DNA of 64,000 nt, from the NCBI GenBank assembly GCA_002269645.1, contig NIVC01000227.1:124001-188000 (forward strand), in the 5' to 3' direction. The stretch's first letter is position 1; each line of letters starts with the position of its first letter. Shown one piece after another: positions 23,151 through 45,485 of this stretch. A program made the position numbers and the translations under genes. The DNA comes from Macrostomum lignano (taxonomy: Eukaryota). The notes beneath the pieces were generated by a model, which saw only the letters and a list, made by a program, of their open reading frames with translations, made no database searches and had not been told where the DNA came from.

Positions 23151-26100
23151 TCAAGTGTTTTTGGCTTTGCCATCAGCTTGGCCAGCCTGAGCAAACTGCG
23201 ACTTCAACTCGGCCAGAACAAACGATTTCACAGTTTCAAAATCGTGAATAACGCCGTAGGGTTTCAGATGGTAGACGAAGAACTCCAGTGCGTACATCAG
23301 TCGGGGACTCACGTAGTGAAACGAGACGGTGGTGTCGCTGCAGCAGTCGGGGCCCTGCGGAGTGAAGATGTAAGAAATTTAACCATTTCTGCGCAAGTGT
23401 ATGCCGCTGGCATTGGTTGGCCACTGAAGGATCTAAGAGGGTAGCAAGAGAAGCGGCGGAGGGTAGGAAAAGAAGCACCGGAGGGTAGAAAAAGAAGCAC
23501 CGGAGGGTAGCAAGGGAAGCGGTGGAGGGTAGGAAAAGAAGCACCGGAGGGTAGCAAGAGAAGCGGTGGAGGGTAGGAAAAGAGGCACCGGAGGGTAGCA
23601 AAAGAAGCACCGGAGGGTAGCAAGAGAAGCGGTGGAGGGTAGCAAAAGAAGCACCGGAGGGTAGCAAAAGAAGCACCGGAGGGTAGCAAGAGAAGCGGTG
23701 GAGGGTAGGAAAAGAAGCACCGGAGGGTAGCAAGAGAAGCGGTGGAGGGTAGGAAAAGAAGCACCGGAGGGTAGCAAGAGAAGTGGTGGAGGGTAGGAAA
23801 AGAAGCACCGGAGGGTAGCAAGAGAAGCGGTGGAGGGTAGGAAAAGAAGCACCGGAGGGTAGCAAGAGAAGCGGTGGAGGGTAGGAAAAGAAGCACCGGA
23901 GGGTAGCAAAAGAAGCACCGGAGGGTAGCAAGAGAAGCGGTGGAGGGTAGCAAAAGAAGCGGTGGAGGGTAGCAAAAGAAGCACCGGAGGGTAGCAAAAG
24001 AAGCACCGGAGGGTAGCAAAAGAAGCACCGGAGGGTAGCAAAAGAAGCACCGGAGGGTAGCAAAAGAAGCACCGGAGGGTAGCAAGAGAAGCGGTGGAGG
24101 GTAGCAAAAGAAGCGGTGGGGGTAGCAAAAGAAGCACCGGAGGGTAGCAAAAGAAGCACCGGAGGGTAGCAAAAGAAGCACCGGAGGGTAGCAAAAGAAG
24201 CACCGGAGGGTAGCAAAAGAAGCACCGGAGGGTAGCAAAAGAAGCACCGGAGGGTAGCAAAAGAAGCACCGGAGGGTAGCAAGAGAAGCGGTGGAGGGTA
24301 GGAAAAGAAGCACCGGAGGGTAGCAAGAGAAGCGGTGGAGGGTAGCAAAAGAAGCGGTGGGGGTAGCAAAAGAAGCACCGGAGGGTAGCAAGAGAAGCAC
24401 CGGAGGGTAGGAAAAGAAGCACCGGAGGGTAGCAAAAGAAGCACCGGAGGGTAGCAAAAGAAGCACCGGAGGGTAGCAAAAGAAGCACCGGAGGGTAGCA
24501 AAAGAAGCACCGGAGGGTAGCAAAAGAAGCACCGGAGGGTAGCAAAAGAAGCACCGGAGGGTAGCAAAAGAAGCGGTGGAGGGTAGCAAAAGAAGCGGTG
24601 GAGGGTAGCAAAAGAAGCGGTGGAGGGTAGGAAAAGAAGCACCGGAGGGTAGCAAGAGAAGCGGTGGAGGGTAGCAAGAGAAGCGGTGGGGGTAGCAAAA
24701 GAAGCACCGAGGGTAGCAAGAGAAGCACCGGAGGGTAGGAAAAGAAGCACCGGAGGGTAGCAAAAGAAGCACCGGAGGGTAGCAAAAGAAGCACCGGAGG
24801 GTAGCAAAAGAAGCACCGGAGGGTAGCAAAAGAAGCACCGGAGGGTAGCAAAAGAAGCGGTGGAGGGTAGCAAAAGAAGCGGTGGAGGGTAGCAAAAGAA
24901 GCGGTGGAGGGTAGCAAAAGAAGCGGTGGAGGGTAGCAAAAGAAGCGGTGGAGGGTAGCAAAAGAAGCGGTGGAGGGTAGCAAAAGAAGCACCGGAGGGT
25001 AGCAAAAGAAGCGAGCATCAAAGCAAATAGGAAAACAACACAGGGAAATGCACTAACAGTTTTCAGCGGATGATAGTTGTAATGCCACAGCCAGTTATCC
25101 TTGGGTATGGCATTGGGCAGCAGGTGGCTCTCGGGCGGGAACGGGTGGAATCGTTCTCGACCCAGCTCGTCAACGGAATCGAAAACTTTAACTCCGACAG
25201 ATTCCAGACAGGAGCCTGCGAAAAGTTAAGGAGGAACAAGGCGTGTCCATCAAGTCCAAACCAGTTGGGCGAGCTATCGGATTTCAACACGTAGGACTTA
25301 AAGTCTGATCAAATAGTAGCATAGTTTGCATTTTCAAGAACGGCTCTGATATGCGTGCTGCCTACCCCTCTCTAATCCGATGCCAAGAGTGTATAGCGCC
25401 TCTGGTAATGGGGCCTCTGATAATAGCGCCTCTGATAATGGCGTCTCTGAGAATGGCGCCTCTGGTAATGGGGCCTCTGATAATAGCGCCTCTGATAATG
25501 GCGTCTCTGAGAATGGCGCCTCTGGTAATGGCGCCTATACCTTTAATAATAGCACCTTTGGTAATGGCGCCTCTGATAATGGCGCCTCTGATAATGGGGC
25601 CTCTGGTAATAGCGCCTCTGGTAATGGCGCCTCTGATAATGGCGCCACTGATAATGGCGCCACTGATAATGGCGCCTCTGATAATGGCGCCTCTGATAAT
25701 GGCGCCTCTGATAATGGCGCCTCTGGTAATGGCGTCTCTGATAATAGCGCCTCTGATAATGGCGTCTCTGAGAATGGCGCCTCTGGTAATGGCGCCTATA
25801 CCTTTAATAATAGCACCTTTGGTAATGGCGCCTCTGATAATGGCGCCTCTGATAATGGCGCCTCTGGTAATGGCGCCTATACTTTTAATAATAGCGCCTT
25901 TGGTAATGGCGCCTCTGATAATGGCGCCACTGATAATGGCGCCTCTGATAATGGCGCCTCTGATAATGGCGCCTCTGGTAATGGCGTCTCTGATAATGGC
26001 GCCTCTACCTCTAATAATAGCGCCTCTGGTAATGGCGTCTCTGAGAATGGCGCCACTGGAAATGGCGCCTCTTATAATGTGGCCTCTACCTCTAATAATA

Positions 26101-29100
26101 GCACCTCTGTTAATGGCGCCCCTGGAGCTGGGGCGTCACTAAAGCATGATCCATTAGCATATTTAATGACTTTTCAATGTCAATTTACATGGAACTCACC
26201 AACTTGAACATCCTCAGCCCCGCCAGACTGGGGACTGCATTTGGAACTTTTGCTTTGAAGGCCGCGCTCAATAAACAGTTTGACAGCCTCTCTGGACAGC
26301 ACGTAGCCGGCCCCGCCGGACATGTAGCCCTGTCTCACGAAGGGCTTGAATCGACGCCCGGCGTAGAGGCCGGAGTCCGGGTCACTGTTGCGCAGCATGT
26401 AGCGCAGATTCTCCACCACTGCGTAGGTGTCGTCGTCCGCTTTGAGAAAGAAATCGTAATCCTTCAGGTGGTGATCGTACAGGTACCGGAATGCTGCCTT
26501 CGTTTTTGCCCACAGATTGTCGCGGCCTTCGCCTACCTTCAGAGCTGGTAAAGATTGGTTAGTGAGTTAGGATGCCTGAATGCCTGAGGATGCAGTCTCT
26601 AATACACCTGAACAGTCCCTAATACACCTGAACAGCCCCTAATACACCTGAACAGTCCCTAATACACCTGAACAGTCCCTAATACACCTGAACAGCCCCT
26701 AATACACCTGAACAGCCCCTAATACACCTGAACAGCCCCTAATACACCTGAACTCAGAACAGTCCCTAATACACCTGAACAGTCTCTAATACACCTGAAC
26801 AGTCCCTAATACACCTGAACAGTCTCTAATACACCTGAACAGTCCCTAATACACCTGAACAGCCCCTAATACACCTGAACAGCCCCTAATACACCTGAAC
26901 AGCCCCTAATACACCTGAACAGTCCCTAATACACCTGAACAGCCCCTAATACACCTGAACAGTCCCTAATACACCTGAACAGCCCCTAATACACCTGAAC
27001 AGCCCCTAATACACCTGAACAGTCCCTAATACACCTGAACAGTCCCTAATACACCTGAACAGCCCCTAATACACCTGAACAGTCCCTAATACACATTGAA
27101 CACAGGATAAAACAATGCAAAAACTTATCGCTCAGTACTAACCAATGGACGGCAGTGAAGGATCAGCTTTAGTGCTCATAAATACAAAATTATTGCACCG
27201 TTTGACCCAGGTAGCCTTGAGATGAACAGCCTTAGACTCGTGGTTGCCAGGCGAAGTCATAATCCAGCAGAATATGCGGACTTTCGCTTTGAGCCTGTCG
27301 GCAAAGATATTCTCGTTCAGATGGGAATGAGAGGCGGAGTCATTCCATAGAGCAGACTGGCGCACTGGACCCATACGGCGGATGGCGGCGTCCCAGGCGG
27401 CGTGGTCGTGCGGCTGGCGGGGCACGAACTGGCCTTCGGCGGCGAGTAGCTGCTGAGCAGAGGCCTTGACGGTGATGGGAAAACAGGAGCAGAGTGCGTG
27501 TTCAGAATGCAAACCTTTGTTAGATGATCAGAATAGCAGTGAAGTCAAGTCAAAATTGCACAAGTTCGAACATAATAGGCTCTTAATGGGGGATCATGGG
27601 GAATGGATCCTCATGGGGAATGGATCCTCATGGGGAATGCATCTTCATGGGGAATGGATCCTCATGGAAAATGGATCCTCAAGGGGAATGGATCCTCAAG
27701 GGGAATGGATTCTCATGGGGAATGAATCCTCATGGGGAATGGATCCTCATGGGGAATGAATCCTCATGGGGAATGAATCCTCATGGGGAATGAATCCTCA
27801 TGGAAAATTAATCCTCATGGGGAATGGATCCTCATGGGGAATGAATCCTCATGGGGAATGAATTCTCATGGGAAATGGATCCTCATGGGGAATGCATCCT
27901 CATGGGGAATGGATCCTCATGCGGAATGGATCCTCATGGGAAATGGATCCTCATGGGGAATGCATCCTCATGGGGAATGGATCCTCATGCGGAATGGATC
28001 CTCATGGGGAATGAATGCTCATGAGAAATGGATCCTCATGGGGAATAAACCCTCGTGGGGAATGAATCCTCATGCGGAATGGATCCTCATGGGGAATGAA
28101 TCCTCATGGAAAATGAATTCTCATTGGGAATGCATCCTCATGGGGAATGCATCCTCATGGGGAATGGATCCTCATGCGGAATGGATCCTCATGGGGAATG
28201 AATGCTCATGAGAAATGGATCCTCATGGGGAATAAATCCTCGTGGGGAATGAATCCTCATGCGGAATGGATCCTCATGGGGAATGGATCCTCATGGGGAA
28301 TGAATCCTCATGGAAAATGAATTCTCATTGGGAATGCATCCTCATGGGGAATGCATCCTCATGGGGAATGGATCCTCATGGGGAATGGATCCTCATGGGG
28401 AATGGATCCTCATGGGGAATGAATCCTCATGGAAAATGAATTCTCATTGGGAATGCATCCTCATGGGGAATGGATCCTCATGCGGAATGGATCCTCATGG
28501 GGAATGAATGCTCATGAGAAATGGATCCTCATGGGGAATGGATCCTCATGCGGAATGGATCCTCATGGGGAATGAATGCTCATGAGAAATGGATCCTCAT
28601 GGGGAATAAATCCTCGTGGGCAATGAATCCTTATGAAGACTGCAGACTGTCATTCGTCTATTCCAATTTTTCTTATATAGTGAAACTTCAATAAGAGGCA
28701 TTGGGACCGAGTGTAAATGAAGGACGTGACAGTGGAAAAAACAGGAAAGCAACGCTAACTTGCACACTGTGATGCCAGTTCCAAATCATTTGTTGGTGAT
28801 GCAACTTAACTTTCAAACTGAGAGAACGCATTGAAGTGTGCGCGTCTCTAGTCTTATTGAAAAAGCGTGACTCGAACCCCGAGTATTCGATCATTTCATT
28901 TCATAAGATTTCATTGCAATCATTTCATAAGATTTCGAAAGTCGGAAAGTGATTTCATAAAAAAGGAGACTAAAGTTGAAGACGTCTTGAAACAACAAAG
29001 TCGCGCGATCACTGTATACTGACCTGCTTAGTGTCGTGGCACAGCTTCGCAGCATCCTGCATCACAGCAGGCTGACAGCCGAGCTCGCGCACCCCGGTGC

Positions 29101-29182
29101 CATTGAGTAGCAGGTAGCTGAGCATGCAGCCAAAGGCGAAGCCCACAGCCGCCGTTAGCAAGGTGTGCTTGGATTTCAGCAT
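23151..29182 (-). CDS. C1GALT1: Core 1 beta-1,3-galactosyltransferase (T-synthase), 5 coding exons
   Basis: Exons 29182-29024 (TM: [18 protein letters not shown]), ~27449-27143 ([19 protein letters not shown]), 26544-26200 ([32 protein letters not shown]), 25215-25058 (RERFHPF), 23354-23151 ([18 protein letters not shown]). Phases are consistent; the exon 2 acceptor is uncertain by up to 15 nt. Confidence 0.95.
23437..25012. repeat. ~22-bp minisatellite in C1GALT1 intron 4
   Basis: GAGGGTAGCAAAAGAAGCACCG / GAGGGTAGCAAGAGAAGCGGTG variants. Confidence 0.97.
25396..26130. repeat. 15-bp minisatellite in C1GALT1 intron 3
   Basis: Unit GGCGCCTCTGATAAT with higher-order variants. Confidence 0.95.
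26598..27100. repeat. 20-bp minisatellite in C1GALT1 intron 2
   Basis: Unit CCCTAATACACCTGAACAG(T/C). Confidence 0.97.
27590..28620. repeat. 17-bp minisatellite in C1GALT1 intron 1
   Basis: Unit ATGGGGAATGGATCCTC. Confidence 0.95.
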
Positions 29183-29321
29183 CTGCACCAGCCGAGTCTA
29201 ACTTTAAAGAGTTTAGCAAATAAAAGAAGAAAAAAACAAATTCTTCAAACTTCTTTGCTGTTTGGCTGAAATGGAATGACGAACGCGATAGGAGAATACG
29301 GTAACTACGAGCGTACTATTA

Positions 29322-29648
29322 CCAATACTACTACTACTACTACTACCACTACTACTACCACCAATACTACTACTACTACTACTACTACTGTTACAAGTCT
29401 GTCTTTTGTATTGCGTTATATTTACGCAAGTTGTGTGCCGTGCACTCTCGGCTCTTGCAGCCGTTGCTCTTATCAGAGTCTTCTTGAATACTTATGTATT
29501 TCTATTTTTTGTCACGAAGGCTCTTTGACACTTGCGCCAACTAATCGCAGTACAGGCAAATAAACTTGTCTATGTCAATTACAAATTAAAGTTCAATCTG
29601 CTCGGGCAGAAGCCAGCCCGCAGCAACTACTAATACTACTACTGCTAC

Positions 29649-29710
<62 letters not shown>

Positions 29711-29770
29711 ATACTACTACTACTGCTACTACTACTACTACTAATACTACTACTAATGCTACTGCTGCTA
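29322..29770. repeat. Two (ACT)n tracts (~29322-29389 and ~29625-29770)
   Basis: Direct reading of the sequence. Confidence 0.9.
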
Positions 29771-29888
29771 ATAAAAAAATGACACAAGCAAAAGTGAATT
29801 AAGTAAAGCTTAACTACATTAATTGAACCTTATGAATTATCGTATTTATTTCACGTTAACTAGCCAGATACCTACAAAAAACACTTTA

Positions 29889-31186
29889 CGAGGGTCAGTC
29901 AAAAAGTAATGATAATTTTGTTCTCACGAGTGTCAAACTTTAAATGGAAATCTACTTTTCAACATAGTCCCCCTCCAGGGTCAGGCACTTCTCCATATGG
30001 TGTCGCCATCTCTCCAGGCAGTTTGCGTAGAACTCAGGAGGCTGTGCAGCAAGCCACTGTACAGTAGCCTTTTTTGCAGCCTCTTTGTCCTCGTTTTGGA
30101 CTCCTTTGATTGCTTCCTTCAGCTTAGGAAACAAAAAGTCTGAAAGAGCCAAACCAGGGCTATATGGAGGATGCTGGAGGATTTCCCAGCGGAAATCTTG
30201 CAGGGCTTCATGGCAGAGCCGAGAAGTGTGGGCTGGTGCATTGTCGTGGTAAAAGAGAATCCCAAGGTGCCACTTGCCATGTCGCTTTTTGGCCAGTTCG
30301 GTGCGGAGCTTTTACAGAAGCGACTCATAATAGGTGGCATTGATAGTCTTCTGGCTTTCCAAGAAGTCCACCATCACCACTCCCTCAACATCCCAGAGAA
30401 TCGTCGCCAAGACCTTCGCTGCAGACTGTTCCACATGGAAATTCTTGGGGCCTGCTGAACCTCGTGGCAGCCACTTCTTGGATTGGACCTTGGACTCGGG
30501 ATTGTACTGAAATATCTATGTTTCATCCCCGGTCACTAAGCGCTGGTAACTGTTTTCTGAACCAGCGTCCAAGCAGTTCAGCAGGTTGATGGCGCACTTA
30601 GTGTGCTGAACCCGGTGTTCAGGCCGCAACAGCCGCGGGACCCAGCGAGCACTCAGCTTGCTCAGACCAAGACAGTCTGTCACAATGGAGTGAGCACTGC
30701 CATGAGCAATGCCCACTTTGTCAGCAATATTGTCTATGGTCACGCGCCGATCCAGCTCAATCACTGGCTGCACAGCTACCACATTTTCCCCAGTGCGCAA
30801 GTTTGTGGGCCTTCCCGACCGCTGGGCGTCTTCCGTGGACTCTCGGCCTTCCTTAAAAGCCTGAATCCAGCAGTAAATGGTTGGATCTAGTGGAGCAATG
30901 TCCCCATAGACCTTCTTCAAAGCGTCAATGATTTCGGCTGGCTTCCAACCAAGCTATACAAGAAACGTCACATTAGTACAAGCTTCGATTTTTGAATTTT
31001 CCATTGCTGAAAGGGTATACTGTGATTAGAGTGTCACCATGCAGGCATCAATCACTTTAGAAGAACCAAAACTCTGTCAAATAAAGATCAAAAGATGTTT
31101 TTTTCAAATGAAACCAGTTGCAGTTCAATACCTCTGGTATTTTAGGCGGTACAACAAAATTATCATTACTTTTTGACTGACCCTCG
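29889..31186 (-). mobile_element. Mariner transposon, 1298 bp, with a degenerate transposase
   Basis: 34-bp TIR CGAGGGTCAGTCAAAAAGTAATGATAATTTTGTT at both ends, TA at 29887-88 and 31187-88. Peptides include SARWVPRLL, LVTGDET, HPPYSP-like and FLFPKLKE. The CGAGGG TIR start resembles irritans-type mariners. Confidence 0.95.
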
Positions 31187-31188
31187 TA

Positions 31189-39757
<8,569 letters not shown>

Positions 39758-39892
39758 TGCATTCACTTGTACTGGCGCGCTGAAGTGTTTCACAGTGAAA
39801 ATGTAATGTGAATTTCACTTCTACAGGCAATAACTACGGATATCTACCCTCTTCTGTCAACTAAATATCTACTTTTTTCTAATTACCGATAT

Positions 39893-41580
39893 ATGCCTTC
39901 TGCTAACTACTGATATCTACCCTCTGTTAACTACTGATATCTACCCTCTGTTAACTACTGATATCTGCCCTCTGTTAACTACTGATATCTACCCTCTGTT
40001 AACTACTGATACATGTATCTACCCTCTGTTAACTACTGATATCTGCCCTCTGTTAACTACTGATATCTACCCTCTGTTAACTACTGACATATACCCGCTG
40101 TTAACTACCCTCTGTTAACTACTGATATCTGCCCTCTGCTAACTACTGATATCTACCCTCTGTTAACTACTGATACATGTATCTACCCTCTGTTAACTAC
40201 TGATATCTGCCCTCTGTTAACTACTGATATCTACCCTCTGTTAACTACTGACATATACCCTCTGTTAACTACTGATATCTGCCCTCTGCTAACTACTGAT
40301 ACATGTATCTACCCTCTGTTAACTACTGATATCTGCCCTCTGTTAACTACTGATATCTACCCTCTGTTAACTACTGACATATACCCGCTGTTAACTACCC
40401 TCTGTTAACTACTGATATCTACCCTCTGTTAACTACTGATATCTACCCTCTGTTAACTACTGATACATGTATCTACCCTCTGTTAACTACTGATATCTGC
40501 CCTCTGTTAACTACTGATATCTACCCTCTGTTAACTACTGATACATGTATCTACCCTCTGTTAACTACTGATATCTGCCCTCTGTTAACTACTGATATCT
40601 ACCCTCTGTTAACTACTGACATATACCCGCTGTTAACTACCCTCTGTTAACTACTGATATCTGCCCTCTGCTAACTACTGATATCTACCCTCTGTTAACT
40701 ACTGATACATGTATCTACCCTCTGTTAACTACTGATATCTGCCCTCTGTTAACTACTGATATCTACCCTCTGTTAACTACCCTCTGTTAACTACTGATAT
40801 CTACCCTCTGTTAACTACTGATATCTACCCTCTGCTAACTACTGATATCTGCCCTCTGTTAACTACTGATATCTACCCTCTGTTAACTACCCTCTGTTAA
40901 CTACTGATATCTACCCTCTGTTAACTACTGATATCTACCCTCTGCTAACTACTGATATCTGCCCTCTGTTAACTACTGATATCTACCCTCTGCTAACTAC
41001 TGATATCTACCCGCTGTTAACTACCCTCTGCTAACTACTGATATCTGCCCTCTGTTAACTACTGATATCTACCCTCTGCTAACTACTGATATCTACCCGC
41101 TGTTAACTACCCTCTGCTAACTACTGATATCTGCCCTCTGTTAACTACTGATATCTACCCTCTGCTAACTACTGATATCTGCCCTCTGTTAACTACTGAT
41201 ATCTACCCTCTGCTAACTACTGATATCTGCCCTCTGTTAACTACTGATATCTACCCGCTGTTAACTACCCTCTGTTAACTACTGATATCTACCCTCTGTT
41301 AACTACTGATATCTACCCTCTGCTAACTACTGATATCTACCCGCTGTTAACTACCCTCTGCTAACTACTGATATCTACCCTCTGCTAACTACTGATATCT
41401 ACCCTCTGCTAACTACTGATATCTGCCCTCTGCTAACTACTGATATCTACCCGCTGCTAACTACTGATATCTACCCGCCGTTAACTACTGATATCTACCC
41501 GCCGTTAACTACTGATATCTACCCTCTGGTAACTACTGATATCTACCCGCCGTTAACTACTGATATCTACCCTCTATCTA
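39893..41580. repeat. 24-bp minisatellite
   Basis: Unit CTGTTAACTACTGATATCTACCCT. Confidence 0.97.
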
Positions 41581-41877
41581 CTATCTATCTACTATCGATA
41601 TTACTAAACATACCCCTAAAAAGACAACGATATCTGCTTCTTTACTGCAAACCTTTAAAACACAATAATTGACACAGACATAAGGCTAAAAGCCTATCAA
41701 TATTTAACTGTATAAGGACAAGGAGTATGATGATGATTATTAATATCACGCTATTAATTTTTGTGCTAAAAAGCGTTGCAATGATTTTTGTTAAAAAATT
41801 ATCAGCTGAGTTTAAAGCGGCCATCAATGCGTTAGACAGATTAGGCCCACAGTTACTGTTTATGAAGAATTTATGGA

Positions 41878-42900
41878 ACCCCAGTGCAGCATCTATAGAT
41901 GTTGATGAAGAATCTCTGAAACCCCAGTGCAGCATCCATAGATACTGATGAATTTCTGGAACCCCAGTGCAGCATCCATAGATGTTGATGAAGAATCTCT
42001 GGAACTCCAGTCCAGCATCCATAGATACCGATGAAGAATCTCTGGAACCCCAGTCCAGCATCCATAAATACTGATGAAGAATCTCTGGAACTCCAGTCCA
42101 GCATCCATAGATGATGAAGAATCTCTGGAACCCCAGTGCAGAATCCATAAATACTGATGAAGAATCTCTGGAACCCCAGTGCAGCATCCATAGATGATGA
42201 AGAATCTCTGGAACCCCAGTGCAGCATCCATAGATGATGAAGAATCTCTGGAACCCCAGTGCAGAATCCATAGATGATGAAGAATCTCTGGAACCCCAGT
42301 GCAGCATCCATAGATGATGAAGAATCTCTGGAACCCCAGTGCAGCATCCATAGATGATGAAGAATCTCTGGAACCCCAGTGCAGAATCCATAGATGATGA
42401 AGAATCTCTGGAACCCCAGTGCAGAATCCATAAATACTGATGAAGAATCTCTGGAACCCCAGTGCAGCATCCATAGATGATGAAGAATCTCTGGAACCCC
42501 AGTCCAGCATCCATAAATACTGATGAAGAATCTCTGGAACCCCAGTCCAGCATCCATAAATACTGATGAAGAATCTCTGGAACCCCAGTGCAGCATCCAT
42601 AAATACTGATGAAGAATCTCTGGAACCCCAGTGCAGAATCCATAAATACTGATGAAGAATCTCTGGAACCCCAGTGCAGCATCCATAGATGATGAAGAAT
42701 CTCTGGAACCCCAGTGCAGAATCCATAAATACTGATGAAGAATCTCTGGAACCCCAGTGCAGCATCCATAGATGTTGATGAAGAATCTCTGGAACTCCAG
42801 TCCAGCATCCATAGATACCGATGAAGAATCTCTGGAACCCCAGTCCAGCATCCATAAATACTGATGAAGAATCTCTGGAACCCCAGTGCAGCATCCATAG
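41878..42900. repeat. 33-37-bp minisatellite
   Basis: Unit GATGAAGAATCTCTGGAACCCCAGTGCAGCATCCATA with variable spacer. Confidence 0.95.
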
Positions 42901-43235
42901 ATATTAAAGAAAGAGTTTTAACACACAAATCACTCAGCCCAATCAGTTAGCGCATATCCAACCGATAAAAATGATGAAACAAAAAACTGAACGAAACGCT
43001 AGCAGTCAAAAAACGTGAGAGACGAAAAATTAGTATTGATTAAATGTGATGAAAAAGTGGCGGGATAAACAGAAGAAGCACTGCATGACTAAAAATTGAC
43101 ATTGCGGTGGCCTTAATTACAGAACTGCGACCACTACCAGAAGCCATTAGAGATTTTATAATGAAGATTGCACAATATTCAAATACAAGGGTCAACTAAA
43201 TTGCGTTTAAGATCGTCATGAACAGTTTTAAACCC

Positions 43236-43885
43236 TGATCCATACCCTAGCATCCTGATCCCATAACCTAGAACCCGAATCCCATACCCTAGCATCCTGA
43301 TCCCATAACCTAGAACCCGAATCCCATACCCTAGCATCCTGATCCCATACCCCAGAATCCTGATCCCATACCCTAGCATCCTCATCCCATACCCTAGAAC
43401 TTGAATTCCATACCCCAGAATCCTGATCCCATACTCGAGCATCCTGATCCCATACCCTAGCATCCTCATCCCATACCCTAGAACTTGAATCCCATACCCT
43501 AGCATCCTGATCCCATACTCTAGCATCCTGATCCCATAACCTAGAACCCGAATCCCATACCCTAGCATCCTGATCCCATACCCCAGAATCCTGATCCCAT
43601 ACCCTAGCATCCTCATCCCATACCCTAGAACTTGAATTCCATACCCCAGAATCCTGATCCCATACTCTAGCATCCTGATCCCATACCCTAGCATCCTCAT
43701 CCCATACCCTAGAACTTGAATCCCATACCCTAGCATCCTGATCCCATACTCTAGCATCCTGATCCCATAACCTAGAACCCGAATCCCATACCCTAGCATC
43801 CTGATCCCATACCCTAGCATCCTGATCCCATACCCTAGAACCCGAATCCCATACACTAGCATCATGATCCCATACCCCAGAATCC
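43236..43885. repeat. 21-bp minisatellite
   Basis: Unit ATCCCATACCCTAGCATCCTG. Confidence 0.95.
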
Positions 43886-44346
43886 TATCCCTTATCAATC
43901 AAAGTCAATAAAATATTTGAATATCAAAACTAAGCTAGGCAAGATATAATTTTTGTTAAAAACACTTATTACAAATTTGAAAACGCGCCAAAAAGCGAAA
44001 TGAAAAAATAGAAACACAAAAATAGCAGCAAAAACGCACAAACCTACAGCTGGGAAGGACACAGGATATTGCAGCAGTGAGTATAGGTAAAATATTAAAT
44101 AATTAATACTTGTGAGATAAACCAAAGCCTGTCAGATTTCACACGTGGATGCGCAGTCTTCTGTGGACCAATAAAAAACAGTAGGAAAAATGCCTAAAAA
44201 CTCGAATCCTGTAAAACATTAAGACTTCCGGGTACAAAATAATAGAAAATATATAAGTAAGTATTTTTGTTCCCATTGAAAGTTTAATAAAAAATAAGAC
44301 TAACTGAAAAGTTTGTCTGAGTTTCCGGCTCTGCCAGCCCTGCGCC

Positions 44347-44636
44347 AATCTAGAGATCAGGATGCCCAATCTAGAGATACGGATACCCAGTCTAGAGATC
44401 AGGATGCCCAATCTAGAGATACGGATACCCAGTCTAGAGATCAGGATACTCAATCTAGAGATCAGAATATCCAATCTAGAGATCGGGATACCCAATCTAG
44501 AGATCGGAATTTCCTATCTAGAGATCAGGATACCTAATCTAGAGATAGGGATACCCAATCTAGAGATACGGATACCCAGTCTAGAGATCAGGATACTCAA
44601 TCTAGAGATCAAAATACCAAATCTAGAGATCGGAAT
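44347..44636. repeat. 21-bp minisatellite
   Basis: Unit TCTAGAGATCAGGATACCCAA. Confidence 0.93.
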
Positions 44637-45485
44637 ATACCTAAACTAATGATCAGAATACCTAAAGAAGTTTATGATTCCCTGTCTAGTGCATAATTAT
44701 TCCAAGTTTGATAGATAGTAGAACAATTTATAAGAATCAAACTATTCAAAACATCACGATAATGATGCTTAAATCAAAGTAAATCCAGATTGCCCCAGAC
44801 AAACCTGGCAGTTCCGCACTACTTAAGGTTTTTTGTTCTGTTTTGAAAATCAATTTAACAGTATAAAAATAGTATAAAAGAAACAATTTAGCAGATAGCA
44901 ACCGACGCGGGCAGATAAAAGATAGATGATATTAATTTTAAGACACAAATAAAACCCCAGCCAATGACACACAGAGGCTAGTTAGGACCTTAGTGCAGTT
45001 ATAAATAGCAAAAACATTTTCGCATTCTGGGGTGCACACTAAGAGCTACAGGTTTTCAGTGTTATTAAATAAAGTATTTGCGCGCAGAAAACCACACAAC
45101 AGGTTAGCAATAAAGTCAAGCAAGCTGACTATGGATACATGTATGCTGTAATAAATCATACAGACAAAATTGCTACTGCTATTGCTAGAAGCAGATAAAT
45201 CGATAGGTAGATATATAGATGATGTGCATGCTATGCAGTTGCGGTGCCCAGACAACTGTAACATAAATTAATGCCAGACCAGCTATTTACATCGTGGAGA
45301 ATTTATTCTCATCACATATCCTCAAAATTGATACCGATGACTTTCGTTCTTATTAAAACTGGTTTTGTAAACCGCAACAACACAAAAAGGCAGCCGGGCA
45401 TCTCGCAGTTCTTTCTCGTCTTGAATACTCGTACCAAACCCGAAAAAACAGTCAACCACCTTTCGAATTATTTCCTATTCATTAT

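Noticed and set aside
41878-42900. CTGATGA..GGAAC in each repeat unit, resembling tandem hammerhead ribozymes
   Set aside because: GAAA is replaced by GGAA in nearly all units, there is no stem III/UH site, and the unit is too short for a retrozyme.
41642-44500. Hydrophobic minus-strand ORF ends (41642-41870, 43895-44125) as exons of a membrane protein
   Set aside because: No recognisable homology, no phased exon chain, and AT-rich sequence readily yields hydrophobic ORFs.
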